This document shows, piece by piece, positions 9,449 through 18,076 of a stretch of DNA of 64,000 nt (within the stretch, counting starts at the first letter, position 1; every line of letters begins with the position of its first letter). The notes beneath the pieces were generated by a model. It was not told where the DNA came from. It searched no databases and saw nothing but the letters and a program-made list of their open reading frames with translations. This stretch comes from a virus. Position numbers and translations under genes: made by a program. The stretch covers positions 7,546 through 71,545 of the IMG/VR virus record IMGVR_UViG_3300031454_000001; one strand, written 5' to 3'.

Positions 9449-10888
9449 TTAAATAATTTTCTTGTTTACAGCTTTATAAGTTTCAATATATTCCAGCAGC
9501 TTAGTGCCAGTGATTTTTTCATCACTTTTGAGCGCAACCTTTTCACAAAACGATTTCATCTGGTCAAGTGTTTTCCTGCCTAATTCAAGGATGGATAAAT
9601 TCTTCCCTTCCTTCTCAAAATAAAATTGAAAAATTTGAACGTAAGCGGCGGGGTGATGGATTTTAATTTCTACTCCTGTTTTTGTCTGCGCTTTATTTTC
9701 GTTTCCGGAAATTTCGGCAACCGAATCAAACAAATTCAAGGTCTTATCGCCGTCTGCTTTCATTTGGATTGATAGCTGCGAACTCTTTTGCATGTCTTCT
9801 GATTCAGTCTTTATCCGGAGCGCTTCAGCTTCTTCACGTTCCTTGATTTGCTGAAGCCGAAGCTGCCGCTCGTCCTCGGTTTTTTTAGACGCTTCTGCCG
9901 CAGCTTCGTCGTCTTTTATCTTTTGAAGCCTGGCAGCTTCTTCTAATTCCTTTTTTTTCTTACCGATCGCTGCGTCAATTTCCGATTGCCTTTTTTCCTC
10001 AGCTATCCTGTTTGCTTCCAGTTGCGCAATCCTTGCTTGCTCGGCTTCATCAGCCTGGCGCTTTATATCTTCTAACTCCTTTTTTTTAGAAGGCAGGCGA
10101 TCGATCAATAACCGTTTTGTTTCAGATATATCCACTTCATAAACGGCCTTATAAGTGTCAATTTCAAAGTCATTCATCGCTTCGATAGTCAGGTCGTCAT
10201 ATTCATCCGCAATCAATTGACTGGTTTTTATAAACTCAGCTTCTGAAAGCAACTCCTTAATTTTTGCATCTGAAAGTATGCATGACATCTTTTGCAACGA
10301 TGCCGATTTTTTTTCAAAATTTTCCAGGGTGATGGCGTTGAAGTGCTCAGTAATCATGTTCTTCTTATTAAACAGATAATTATTTAAGATCTCAGAAGAC
10401 TGTAATAATACATCAGCTTTAAAGTCAATCCGCGCCTGAGATATTGCTGCCTTTTCAGCACGCTCTATTTCTTTACGCTTTTCTTCAATAGCAATGGCCG
10501 TTACGTATTTATCCCTGTTGTCTTGAATGCTAGCAGGAACGCTACCTGGTTTGGCCTTATCAAGTTCGTTCTCAGAACTGGTAAACATCCGGGAAAATTC
10601 CGTCATCAATTGCGTAATGGCTGCACGAGCTTGGTTCATTTCGCCTTTAGCCTTAGAAGTATTCACCAGGAACTTATTGGAGCGCTCATCAGCTGCCTGC
10701 AGGGCTTCCATGCGCTTATCAGAATCTTCGATTTCCCAGGCAGCAACCCATTGTTCTAAAATTGAATTTCCTACCATCAGCGCCTTAGCTGTACGCTCTT
10801 GGTTGGCTTTTAAAATAGCAGGCGCTGTCTTGAAAACCTCGATGGATTTTCCTATAACCTGGACCTGCTTTTCTGTATCTACTTGCAT
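9449..10888 (-). CDS. Coiled-coil hypothetical protein
   Basis: 479-aa E/K/A-rich ORF between recombinase and exonuclease. Confidence 0.7.
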   Translation of the reverse strand: MQVDTEKQVQVIGKSIEVFKTAPAILKANQERTAKALMVGNSILEQWVAAWEIEDSDKRMEALQAADERSNKFLVNTSKAKGEMNQARAAITQLMTEFSRMFTSSENELDKAKPGSVPASIQDNRDKYVTAIAIEEKRKEIERAEKAAISQARIDFKADVLLQSSEILNNYLFNKKNMITEHFNAITLENFEKKSASLQKMSCILSDAKIKELLSEAEFIKTSQLIADEYDDLTIEAMNDFEIDTYKAVYEVDISETKRLLIDRLPSKKKELEDIKRQADEAEQARIAQLEANRIAEEKRQSEIDAAIGKKKKELEEAARLQKIKDDEAAAEASKKTEDERQLRLQQIKEREEAEALRIKTESEDMQKSSQLSIQMKADGDKTLNLFDSVAEISGNENKAQTKTGVEIKIHHPAAYVQIFQFYFEKEGKNLSILELGRKTLDQMKSFCEKVALKSDEKITGTKLLEYIETYKAVNKKII

Positions 10889-10919
10889 TTATAAAAAGTT
10901 GATAGATTAATAAGGAGGT

Positions 10920-11786
10920 TTAGAATTCATCATCATTATGAACAGTAGTAGAATTAACTATTTCCGACTGGGCGAACGAATCATCATCGATCGGCGGCTC
11001 AATCGTACCGTTGCTGTTCACAGAAAGTTTTTTTTGATCCCCGGGTATTTCTTCCACTTCGTCAACCTCGACGCTGAAGTTTTCAGCAGCTGCAAGCCTA
11101 TTACCAGTTGCCCAACTCTTATCCATAGCGGCATGTTTTATGATCTTAGTGCGAAGGAACGCGGCTCCCGGCTGGCCAGCGTTGCCGGTCCAATTATCGC
11201 CAGATGAATTATTTTTTTTCTTCCATGCCTCCCAATCTGATTTCCGGTAGATGAAATACTTATCATTGCCTTTTAAGTCTATAACGAACCTGACGTAACC
11301 AGCGATTATTTTTTCTGATTTAAATGTTTCTCTATGTTTTACAACACGGCCATTTTCCACTTCAAATACATCTTCTTCGTAAACCAGCTTCGCCTGATCA
11401 GCCGATACAACCTGGCCGGTATTCATCAGTCGGCGAACATGCGCACCTGCCTGGCGCCACAAGTAAGCTTTGTTGCCAAGTGGTACCAGGTAAACCTCAG
11501 CATCAGCGGGATCCATAGAATATCCGTTTACAGCGGCCGTCACAAAGCATGCATATAAGCTGAATGGATCGGCTTTTTTCAAAGCCTCGCTTGCGCTAAT
11601 TAACTGTTTGAAGTGAGCCACCTGCCTGTGGTACATTAGCTCACCTGCCTTATCCTTGTGGCAGAAATTGTAATTGGCAATAAACTTGTCGCGAACGATA
11701 TCAAGCTCTCCAATTTGAACTGCTGGCGTCTTTGATAAAAGTTCCACCATCATCACTTGCGGTTTTTGTGTTACATTTGCTTCCAT
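10920..11786 (-). CDS. RecT/Red-beta-like single-strand annealing recombinase
   Basis: AAVNGYSMDP..EVYLVP, VYEEDVF and KTIIKHA motifs; acidic C-terminus; exonuclease nearby. Confidence 0.78.
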   Translation of the reverse strand: MEANVTQKPQVMMVELLSKTPAVQIGELDIVRDKFIANYNFCHKDKAGELMYHRQVAHFKQLISASEALKKADPFSLYACFVTAAVNGYSMDPADAEVYLVPLGNKAYLWRQAGAHVRRLMNTGQVVSADQAKLVYEEDVFEVENGRVVKHRETFKSEKIIAGYVRFVIDLKGNDKYFIYRKSDWEAWKKKNNSSGDNWTGNAGQPGAAFLRTKIIKHAAMDKSWATGNRLAAAENFSVEVDEVEEIPGDQKKLSVNSNGTIEPPIDDDSFAQSEIVNSTTVHNDDEF

Positions 11787-11827
11787 CTGAATTTTTATTT
11801 TTTAGTTAAGAAATGAGTTTTTTTATG

Positions 11828-11852
11828 AGCCCGGTTACAGCCGGGCTTTTTT
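11828..11852. terminator. GC hairpin with T-tract
   Basis: AGCCCGG-TTACAG-CCGGGCT followed by TTTTT on the plus strand. Confidence 0.55.
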
Positions 11853-12195
11853 ATTCCACCAGTTCATATAATGCAGCCAACACTTCTTCTTCATCCGGCA
11901 CCGGGAACGCGTCCACCAGGTTCTTATCGAAATAGGTTTCAAAAACCGAGGTTGCTTTTAAAAGGGCACTTGCAAATTCATTTTGACTTACTTGCGCGCC
12001 ATTCTCCACATACATATCGATCAGGTCTTTAGTAACCAAGCGGACTTCGATGCTGCAGGGTTTATCCGAGTGAACAATCAGTGCCCATTTTTCATCTTTC
12101 AGCAGGACGAACCATTCCATGCCGTTTACCTTATAATAGCAGGGGAAACCGGTAGGGATTTCTACTTCCTGCATGCCGAAAACTTTTACTTTCAT
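11851..12195 (-). CDS. Hypothetical protein (paralogue of 18077..18445)
   Basis: 114-aa ORF; FPCYYK, CSI and MY.EN motifs shared with 18077..18445. Confidence 0.65.
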   Translation of the reverse strand: MKVKVFGMQEVEIPTGFPCYYKVNGMEWFVLLKDEKWALIVHSDKPCSIEVRLVTKDLIDMYVENGAQVSQNEFASALLKATSVFETYFDKNLVDAFPVPDEEEVLAALYELVE

Positions 12196-12218
12196 GATTG
12201 GTATATTTTATGTTAAAA

Positions 12219-12455
12219 TTATACTGAGCTTTTCTCCCTCATCACCAGGTCCAGGTCATCTTCATTACCTTCAGCACCCAACTTTCCATTAAGCGAATAG
12301 TAATGAATCTTGCCATCGATCAGAACTTCAAGAGGAAAGGCAAACCTGGACCAATTGCGGTTATAGATATTACACACCTTGTCTCCCTGGCGGGTGAATA
12401 CGTCGTATTCAGGCAAGCAAGTAATGTCAAAGGGTATTTCTTCAATTTGTTCCAT
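12219..12455 (-). CDS. Hypothetical protein
   Basis: 78-aa ORF in operon. Confidence 0.6.
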   Translation of the reverse strand: MEQIEEIPFDITCLPEYDVFTRQGDKVCNIYNRNWSRFAFPLEVLIDGKIHYYSLNGKLGAEGNEDDLDLVMREKSSV

Positions 12456-12471
12456 TGTAAAGTCTTTTAGA

Positions 12472-12687
12472 TTATTGACGTGAACTATTGCTGTTTCCCC
12501 TTATTTTTTCTGCCGGCATTGCCTGCTCCTCATTAAGCCAGGTTGTTATCTGCTGTTCAACTTGCTTATCCCATTCAGACATAACTTCTTTTCTGCGAAG
12601 CGCATTGCGGTAGGTAACAGCGGTAACCAGTGGCAGCTGTACCTTCGGTCCAGCTTCTCGTAGCCTAATGTGTATATATGTAGTCAT
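12472..12687 (-). CDS. Hypothetical protein
   Basis: 71-aa ORF in operon. Confidence 0.5.
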   Translation of the reverse strand: MTTYIHIRLREAGPKVQLPLVTAVTYRNALRRKEVMSEWDKQVEQQITTWLNEEQAMPAEKIRGNSNSSRQ

Positions 12688-12696
12688 AAGAATAAT

Positions 12697-13044
12697 TTAA
12701 AGCTGTTCATCATCATCATCATCATCATCATCAGGTATCAACATGTTGTCAATTTGTTTCAAAGCCAAATGTTTTTCAACCATTGCAGACATAGTGTAAG
12801 TATCAATTGGCTTTACTTCCATTCGTTCAGAAAGCATTTTGACAGTAGCCTCATCTATAGGGTTGATGCTGTAGATAGCAGAGGAGCCAAAAAAACGCGT
12901 AAAGGCTGGTTGTAATGTTGTTTCAGGAACGTCAACACGTAGCATATTTGTGCCGGCAATGTTTTGCTCAGTACATTTTCCCGCTATTTTAGTGTGTCCG
13001 AATAGTTCAACCAAACACCATAAATCAAATTTCTCTTGTTGCAT
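12697..13044 (-). CDS. Conserved phage hypothetical protein with poly-Asp tail
   Basis: WCLVELFGH..IAG, MLRVDVP and SSAIYSINP motifs. Confidence 0.7.
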   Translation of the reverse strand: MQQEKFDLWCLVELFGHTKIAGKCTEQNIAGTNMLRVDVPETTLQPAFTRFFGSSAIYSINPIDEATVKMLSERMEVKPIDTYTMSAMVEKHLALKQIDNMLIPDDDDDDDDEQL

Positions 13045-13049
13045 ATATT

Positions 13050-13451
13050 TTAGTTTTTATAATGAACATATTTTGCATACCCCATCCTTACCATCATTGT
13101 ATTGACGGACACGGTATCGCTAGGATTCAAATACACATAGGCTATCCACCGTCCGTATATATCCTTTCCATGTGTATCATACCAAACTGTTTTTTCAAGT
13201 GTAAGATTTGATAGAGCAATTTGGGATTTATGAGCATTGGCAGTATCATTTCCTTTTTTCATCTCAGGAGCATTTATATCTGAAAGCCTTAGCCTTACCC
13301 AGGCATGAACTCCTAAACCCAGATAGGTATCCACATCCTCTGTATCTCCATCCACCACATAAATTACTTTACCGGTGAAATGTGTGGGCTCCTTCTGTGC
13401 GTAACCGTTAAGGCAGGTAAAAATGAGTAGTATGAATGTGATGTATTTCAT
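13050..13451 (-). CDS. Thermonuclease (SNase) family protein with signal peptide
   Basis: VVDGDT, RLRLSDINAPE, DIYGRWIAYV and MVRMGYA motifs; hydrophobic N-terminus. Confidence 0.88.
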   Translation of the reverse strand: MKYITFILLIFTCLNGYAQKEPTHFTGKVIYVVDGDTEDVDTYLGLGVHAWVRLRLSDINAPEMKKGNDTANAHKSQIALSNLTLEKTVWYDTHGKDIYGRWIAYVYLNPSDTVSVNTMMVRMGYAKYVHYKN

Positions 13452-13463
13452 GCTAATAAAATT

Positions 13464-13880
13464 TTAGGACCATGACTTATGGTTTTCATTTATCGTTTCG
13501 TTGCCATCATATTCATGAATATAGTAATCCGTTCCATCTGGTATTTCTACCACTTTAAGATCTGCACAACTTCCGTTTGCTTCTCCTTTTAATTGTTCTA
13601 TGACTGAAATCAAATCAGTATCAGCTCTATCTTCAGGTGTACATGTGAGGTAATATTTATCCCATAAAGTTTTAGTATCAACATCATTTGGATTTTCTAT
13701 TGAGAATGCGGTAAAATACCATTGGGCTTCTGTAATCAAAATCGGTTCGTATGTTTTGTTATCAAACGTGCCTTCATCTTTAAAAAAGAAACATTTAATT
13801 TCTTTTAATTCATAATACTCTTTCATTCCCTTTGCCGATAAAGAAAAACCTCCAAAGCATTTGTTAATAGCTATTTTCAT
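13464..13880 (-). CDS. Conserved phage hypothetical protein
   Basis: MKIAINKCFGGFSLS...R.D.DLI.V.E.L...LKVVEIPD...EYDG.E pattern. Confidence 0.75.
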   Translation of the reverse strand: MKIAINKCFGGFSLSAKGMKEYYELKEIKCFFFKDEGTFDNKTYEPILITEAQWYFTAFSIENPNDVDTKTLWDKYYLTCTPEDRADTDLISVIEQLKGEANGSCADLKVVEIPDGTDYYIHEYDGNETINENHKSWS

Positions 13881-13902
13881 AATATTTTATTTTTAAACTT
13901 GA

Positions 13903-13953
13903 AAACCGGTAGCATTACTGCCTTTTCAGAAGGCTTTCGCCTTTACCGGTTTG
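13903..13953 (-). other. Branched RNA hairpin / possible terminator
   Basis: AAACCGGT...ACCGGTTT outer stem enclosing AAGGC-GAAA-GCCTT. Confidence 0.4.
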
Positions 13954-14152
13954 TTTTGTGTTCCTTGTGAAGTAACCATGTATCGCGCTCTATGGGGCTT
14001 TTAATGCGACCGGATGACACTTTTTTGATGTGATAATTATCATAATCATCTACGGCAAATATTAAGAATATAAATTCTATATATGGAGCATGCATTATCT
14101 AGTCATGGGTTCTACCACTATTCCAAGTACCAACACAATAATTTAAAAGAAC

Positions 14153-14380
14153 TTAATCTTTCCAAGTGATTGCTTTTACAGCAGCAATTTGTGCTAACTC
14201 TGTTTGAGTTATAGCGAATGAACACCATCTTTTTACTCCGGTCTGATCGGTTGTGCTTCTTAGATCATTTAACTGGTCAATTGCATTAGCATAAATCTTT
14301 TTGCATTTTGAAACTGAATCAAGATTGGACGGATTTAATTGCAATTCAACTGCCTTTTCACCGAAAGTTTGTTCTGACAT
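14153..14380 (-). CDS. Small helical protein resembling Acb2/Tad1 hairpin (DUF7681-like) anti-defence proteins
   Basis: RWCSFAITQTELAQIAAVKAITW resembles the recalled Acb2 C-terminal helix pattern RW.....T..Q.G..A..RAI. Confidence 0.55.
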   Translation of the reverse strand: MSEQTFGEKAVELQLNPSNLDSVSKCKKIYANAIDQLNDLRSTTDQTGVKRWCSFAITQTELAQIAAVKAITWKD

Positions 14381-14452
14381 ATTGATATTTATTTAATTAC
14401 TTCTTTAAAAGTGCCGGGGTTACCTAAAACACCCGGCTTAAATCAAAGACAT

Positions 14453-14554
14453 TTAAACCTTCACTTCAACGGATGGCGCTGCTGTTGGAGCTGGCGCTGC
14501 TGTTGGAGATGGCGTTTCTACTGTAACTGTTGTGTCTCCTCCTGGATTTATCAT
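14453..14554 (-). CDS. 33-aa Pro/Thr/Ala-rich micropeptide
   Basis: MINPGGDTTVTVETPSPTAAPAPTAAPSVEVKV, AT-rich start context TTAAATATG. Confidence 0.45.
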   Translation of the reverse strand: MINPGGDTTVTVETPSPTAAPAPTAAPSVEVKV

Positions 14555-14582
14555 ATTTAATGTCGCTTTAAAATGCGATTCG

Positions 14583-14630
14583 TGGAGCATGAAGGAAATC
14601 GAACCTTCCGACACCACCAATGGATGCCCC
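14583..14630 (-). ncRNA. 48-nt tRNA-like mini-RNA (acceptor stem, mini D-arm, T-arm; no anticodon arm)
   Basis: GGGGCAT/ATGCTCC 7-bp stem with G3-U70 and discriminator A; CCA-TTGG-TGG; GAAGG-TTCGATTT-CCTTC. Confidence 0.65.
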
Positions 14631-14958
14631 GTTATTATTGTGTTGGACGCTTAGGGTAGTTAAGCGCAGGTTGTTAACCACCAATAATCGCCAACACAAT
14701 TATTTATAAGAATATTGTGTAGGCTCCGGGCTCTTACCGGTATGCACGTCTGTTCAGAGGATTACCAACACAATTATTTCTAAGAACTTTTTTAAAAGTA
14801 CCTGCCGGATCATCAACCCGACTTCCCTTAGCGGCATTCGCAATGTCAAGTGTATTACCCGTTGTTCTTCCAACTGTCATATCATTATTATTGCGTTGAT
14901 AGTCTATGTCGTCGCTTCGCTGATCAGGCGTAGTAAGGCTTCAGAATTACCAACACAA

Positions 14959-15477
<519 letters not shown>

Positions 15478-15494
15478 TTAATATTAATTCCACA

Positions 15495-15806
15495 TCATTT
15501 TTTAAACTTAGCTTCATGTTCTTCCCAAATTTTTTCAATTTCATCGTTCATGGCAAGAACGGCACAAGAAATATCTATACACTCAATTTCATTTGTTTCA
15601 GATTCCTCCATAGGAGGCGATATTAAATGAGCAATCATTCTCAAAGTAAACTGAACTTTAGTTTCGTTATCCAAAGGGATTTTATCTTCATAATTTGGAT
15701 GTTTTTTAAGTTGTAAAACTGTAATACCTGCCAGGAGATAATTAGTTAATTTATCAGTTTGAGCCTCTCGTTCTTTGGCATCTTTAATAGAAATTCCATG
15801 TGCCAT
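15495..15806 (-). CDS. Hypothetical protein
   Basis: 103-aa ORF in operon. Confidence 0.6.
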   Translation of the reverse strand: MAHGISIKDAKEREAQTDKLTNYLLAGITVLQLKKHPNYEDKIPLDNETKVQFTLRMIAHLISPPMEESETNEIECIDISCAVLAMNDEIEKIWEEHEAKFKK

Positions 15807-15817
15807 AAACTTATACT

Positions 15818-16357
15818 TTAAAATTGCTTTAATAATTCCACATCATCAGCATGGAAGTAAGGAGAAAATGTTTCACCATTACCGTCTGCATCAATGCAAA
15901 TAAATCCAATTGTTGCGGTACCGCCGGTTACAATAAAATCAAGTGTGTTCAACTCGCCCTTAATATTTGATTTGATCTTTTGCTTATTACTGTTAGCAAA
16001 CAGATACATTCCGGTACCCGCAGCATCAGCATACACTTTAAAAGTATAGTTCCCATTTTTAAGGCCCGTTATGATTTGATAAATTTTACCATTCCATGGA
16101 GTTTCCTGCGGTGCTCCAGGAAAATGCGATGATTGGGCTGCATAAAAATTAAGACCATACTTTCCAGTTCTCTTTGCATCAGGGCTGGCCTGGAACCCGT
16201 ATATCCCTAAGTAACCAGTTTCTACGGTCCAGCCTTTTAAAGAATCTTCAAAGCCTGGGTTAGAAATCTTTATTGAAATAGGCTCTGGTAGACTGCTTGA
16301 TTTCTGGCAGGCAGTTAAGTAGATAAGGAAAGAAATAAAAAGCGTTGATAGTTTCAT
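15818..16357 (-). CDS. Predicted lipoprotein with carbohydrate-binding-like beta-sandwich
   Basis: Lipobox LTAC; NPGFE...GW start and DDVEL end typical of CBM4/9-like domains. Confidence 0.7.
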   Translation of the reverse strand: MKLSTLFISFLIYLTACQKSSSLPEPISIKISNPGFEDSLKGWTVETGYLGIYGFQASPDAKRTGKYGLNFYAAQSSHFPGAPQETPWNGKIYQIITGLKNGNYTFKVYADAAGTGMYLFANSNKQKIKSNIKGELNTLDFIVTGGTATIGFICIDADGNGETFSPYFHADDVELLKQF

Positions 16358-16393
16358 TTTATTTTGGTTGTGTTTTTTGTTTGTTTAAAAATT

Positions 16394-16409
16394 GCCGGTC
16401 TTTCCCGGC
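16394..16409 (-). terminator. GC hairpin (terminator or boxB-like)
   Basis: GCCGG-GAAAGA-CCGGC followed by AATTTTT on the minus strand. Confidence 0.5.
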
Positions 16410-16577
16410 TGTCAGCTTTGTTTAAATTTTAATGTTTTTCTATTACTTAACCATGTGCCGTCATGTCGGTATCTCTACGATCTCATTCCATGAAGTCAGT
16501 ACGTTTCTACGTTGTACCTCGTGAATAGTGTTTCATTAAAACCAACTCAGCATTTCTGCCTCCTGTGTGTATGGTTG

Positions 16578-16686
16578 TGACGGGAGCAGTCTCGAAGCTG
16601 CAAGGATTTACGTAAGTTTTAGCATCCGGAATCTCAACTTACTACCAACTAATAATAGCTGCGTTTACCAATTTCGCCATCCCGCC
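16578..16686 (-). ncRNA. tRNA-Leu/Ser-like RNA with non-canonical anticodon and expanded variable region
   Basis: Acceptor GGCGGGA/TCCCGTC, D-arm GCG-AAATTGGTAAA-CGC, T-arm GCAG-CTTCGAGA-CTGC; 109 nt. Confidence 0.6.
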
Positions 16687-16752
16687 AAAAAAATATTATT
16701 TATTTTGATTCGTGTTTCTTCCTCCTTTTTTATAAATAACACCTTTAAAATG

Positions 16753-16774
16753 CGGGAGATAGAAATCTCCCGCC
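16753..16774 (-). terminator. Intrinsic terminator-like hairpin
   Basis: GCGGGAGAT-4 nt-ATCTCCCGC, followed by ATTTT on the minus strand. Confidence 0.55.
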
Positions 16775-16809
16775 TCCTTAATCCTTAAAAAAACCAAACC
16801 ATGCTAACT

Positions 16810-17130
16810 TTATTGAACCTTGCCTAATTTGCTATTAGCAACTATAAAATCCTTTCTTTCTATTATATCAGATATCGCTGCAACAGTTGTTTTACATTTC
16901 GGATGATACCTAAAACGAAACCCAAATTTGTCCAAAGCATCCCAGGCCGCATCAACATGCTTAGATGAACTAATATATCTTGCTTTATCTAGCAATTCTA
17001 ACCGGGCTATATCAAATTCCTGGTTAGGGTTTTTCAAACGGAAGTCAATGCCTTCAAAGAAGAATTTCACGATCCAGTTAATTAATTTGTTACGCATGTT
17101 ATTTATTGAATTGTATAATTTAGTTTTCAC
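16810..17130 (-). CDS. Hypothetical protein
   Basis: 106-aa ORF. Confidence 0.55.
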   Translation of the reverse strand: MKTKLYNSINNMRNKLINWIVKFFFEGIDFRLKNPNQEFDIARLELLDKARYISSSKHVDAAWDALDKFGFRFRYHPKCKTTVAAISDIIERKDFIVANSKLGKVQ

Positions 17131-17170
17131 AGGGTTTTGGATTAAAGGGTGGATTAAAAAACGGTCTACT

Positions 17171-18046
17171 TCAGGAAACTAATAAGTTGTAATTGATATA
17201 TCCTTCGAATTCATTAATCCAATCATATACTATTTGCAATACTTGATTTGTCTCCGGTGTATCACCAGGTTTCACATTCATGAAGAACATCTCAATTGGG
17301 CGTGATGAATCTTTAATTTTATTAATATTATTAGCTATTGTAATATCGCGTGACTTCATTAAAGTTCCACACAAACATGAACATTCGCCTTCATAAACAG
17401 AACCGTCTATTTTACCATCTGAAATCGCTTTTTTAAGATTTTGTATTTCAGGAATAGCTCTTAGCAAAACGTCAAATAAGTCTTTTTTAATTTCGCGAAG
17501 GTCAGCACCGCGAAGGTCAGCACCGATAAGGTTAGCACTGCTAAGGTCAGCACCGCGAAGGTCAGCACCGCGAAGGTTAGCACCGCGAAGGTCAGCACCG
17601 CTAAGGTTAGCACTGCGAAGGTCAGCACTGCTAAGGTCAGCACCGCTAAGGTTAGCACTGCTAAGGTTAGCACTGCTAAGGTCAGCACCGCGAAGGTCAG
17701 CACCGCGAAGGTTAGCACTGCTAAGGTCAGCACCGCGAAGGTCAGCACCGCTAAGGTTAGCACTGCGAAGGTCAGCACCGCGAAGGTTAGCACTGCGAAG
17801 GTTAGCACTGCTAAGGTCAGCACCGCGAAGGTCAGCACCGATAAGGTTAGCACTGCTAAGGTCAGCACTGCGAAGGTCAGCACTGCTAAGGTTAGCACCG
17901 CGAAGGTCAGCACTGCGAAGGTCAGCACCGCGAAGGTTAGCACTGCTTTTTATTGCTTCTAGTAGTGTGTCCTTAATATTATTATTTTCATTTTCGTACT
18001 CGAAAAGTATTGATCCCCACAGCGATTTTATTTTAATCTTAATCAT
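17171..18046 (-). CDS. Pentapeptide repeat protein
   Basis: About 30 A(D/N)L(R/S/I)(G/S) repeats between unique N- and C-terminal domains. Confidence 0.92.
   Translation of the reverse strand: MIKIKIKSLWGSILFEYENENNNIKDTLLEAIKSSANLRGADLRSADLRGANLSSADLRSADLSSANLIGADLRGADLSSANLRSANLRGADLRSANLSGADLRGADLSSANLRGADLRGADLSSANLSSANLSGADLSSADLRSANLSGADLRGANLRGADLRGADLSSANLIGADLRGADLREIKKDLFDVLLRAIPEIQNLKKAISDGKIDGSVYEGECSCLCGTLMKSRDITIANNINKIKDSSRPIEMFFMNVKPGDTPETNQVLQIVYDWINEFEGYINYNLLVS
17499..17946. repeat. 15-bp tandem repeat encoding the pentapeptide repeats
   Basis: Units GCAC(C/T)G(CG/CT/AT)AAGGT(C/T)A repeated in tandem. Confidence 0.9.
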
Positions 18047-18076
18047 TTTATTTTAGGTTTTTTAAGTGTTAAGGGA

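Noticed and set aside
12709-12733. (CAT)n microsatellite
   Set aside because: Encodes an in-frame poly-Asp tail; length change would not switch expression
17461-17943. 160-aa ORF of LTFAV/LTLAV repeats
   Set aside because: Alternative-frame shadow of the pentapeptide repeat tract
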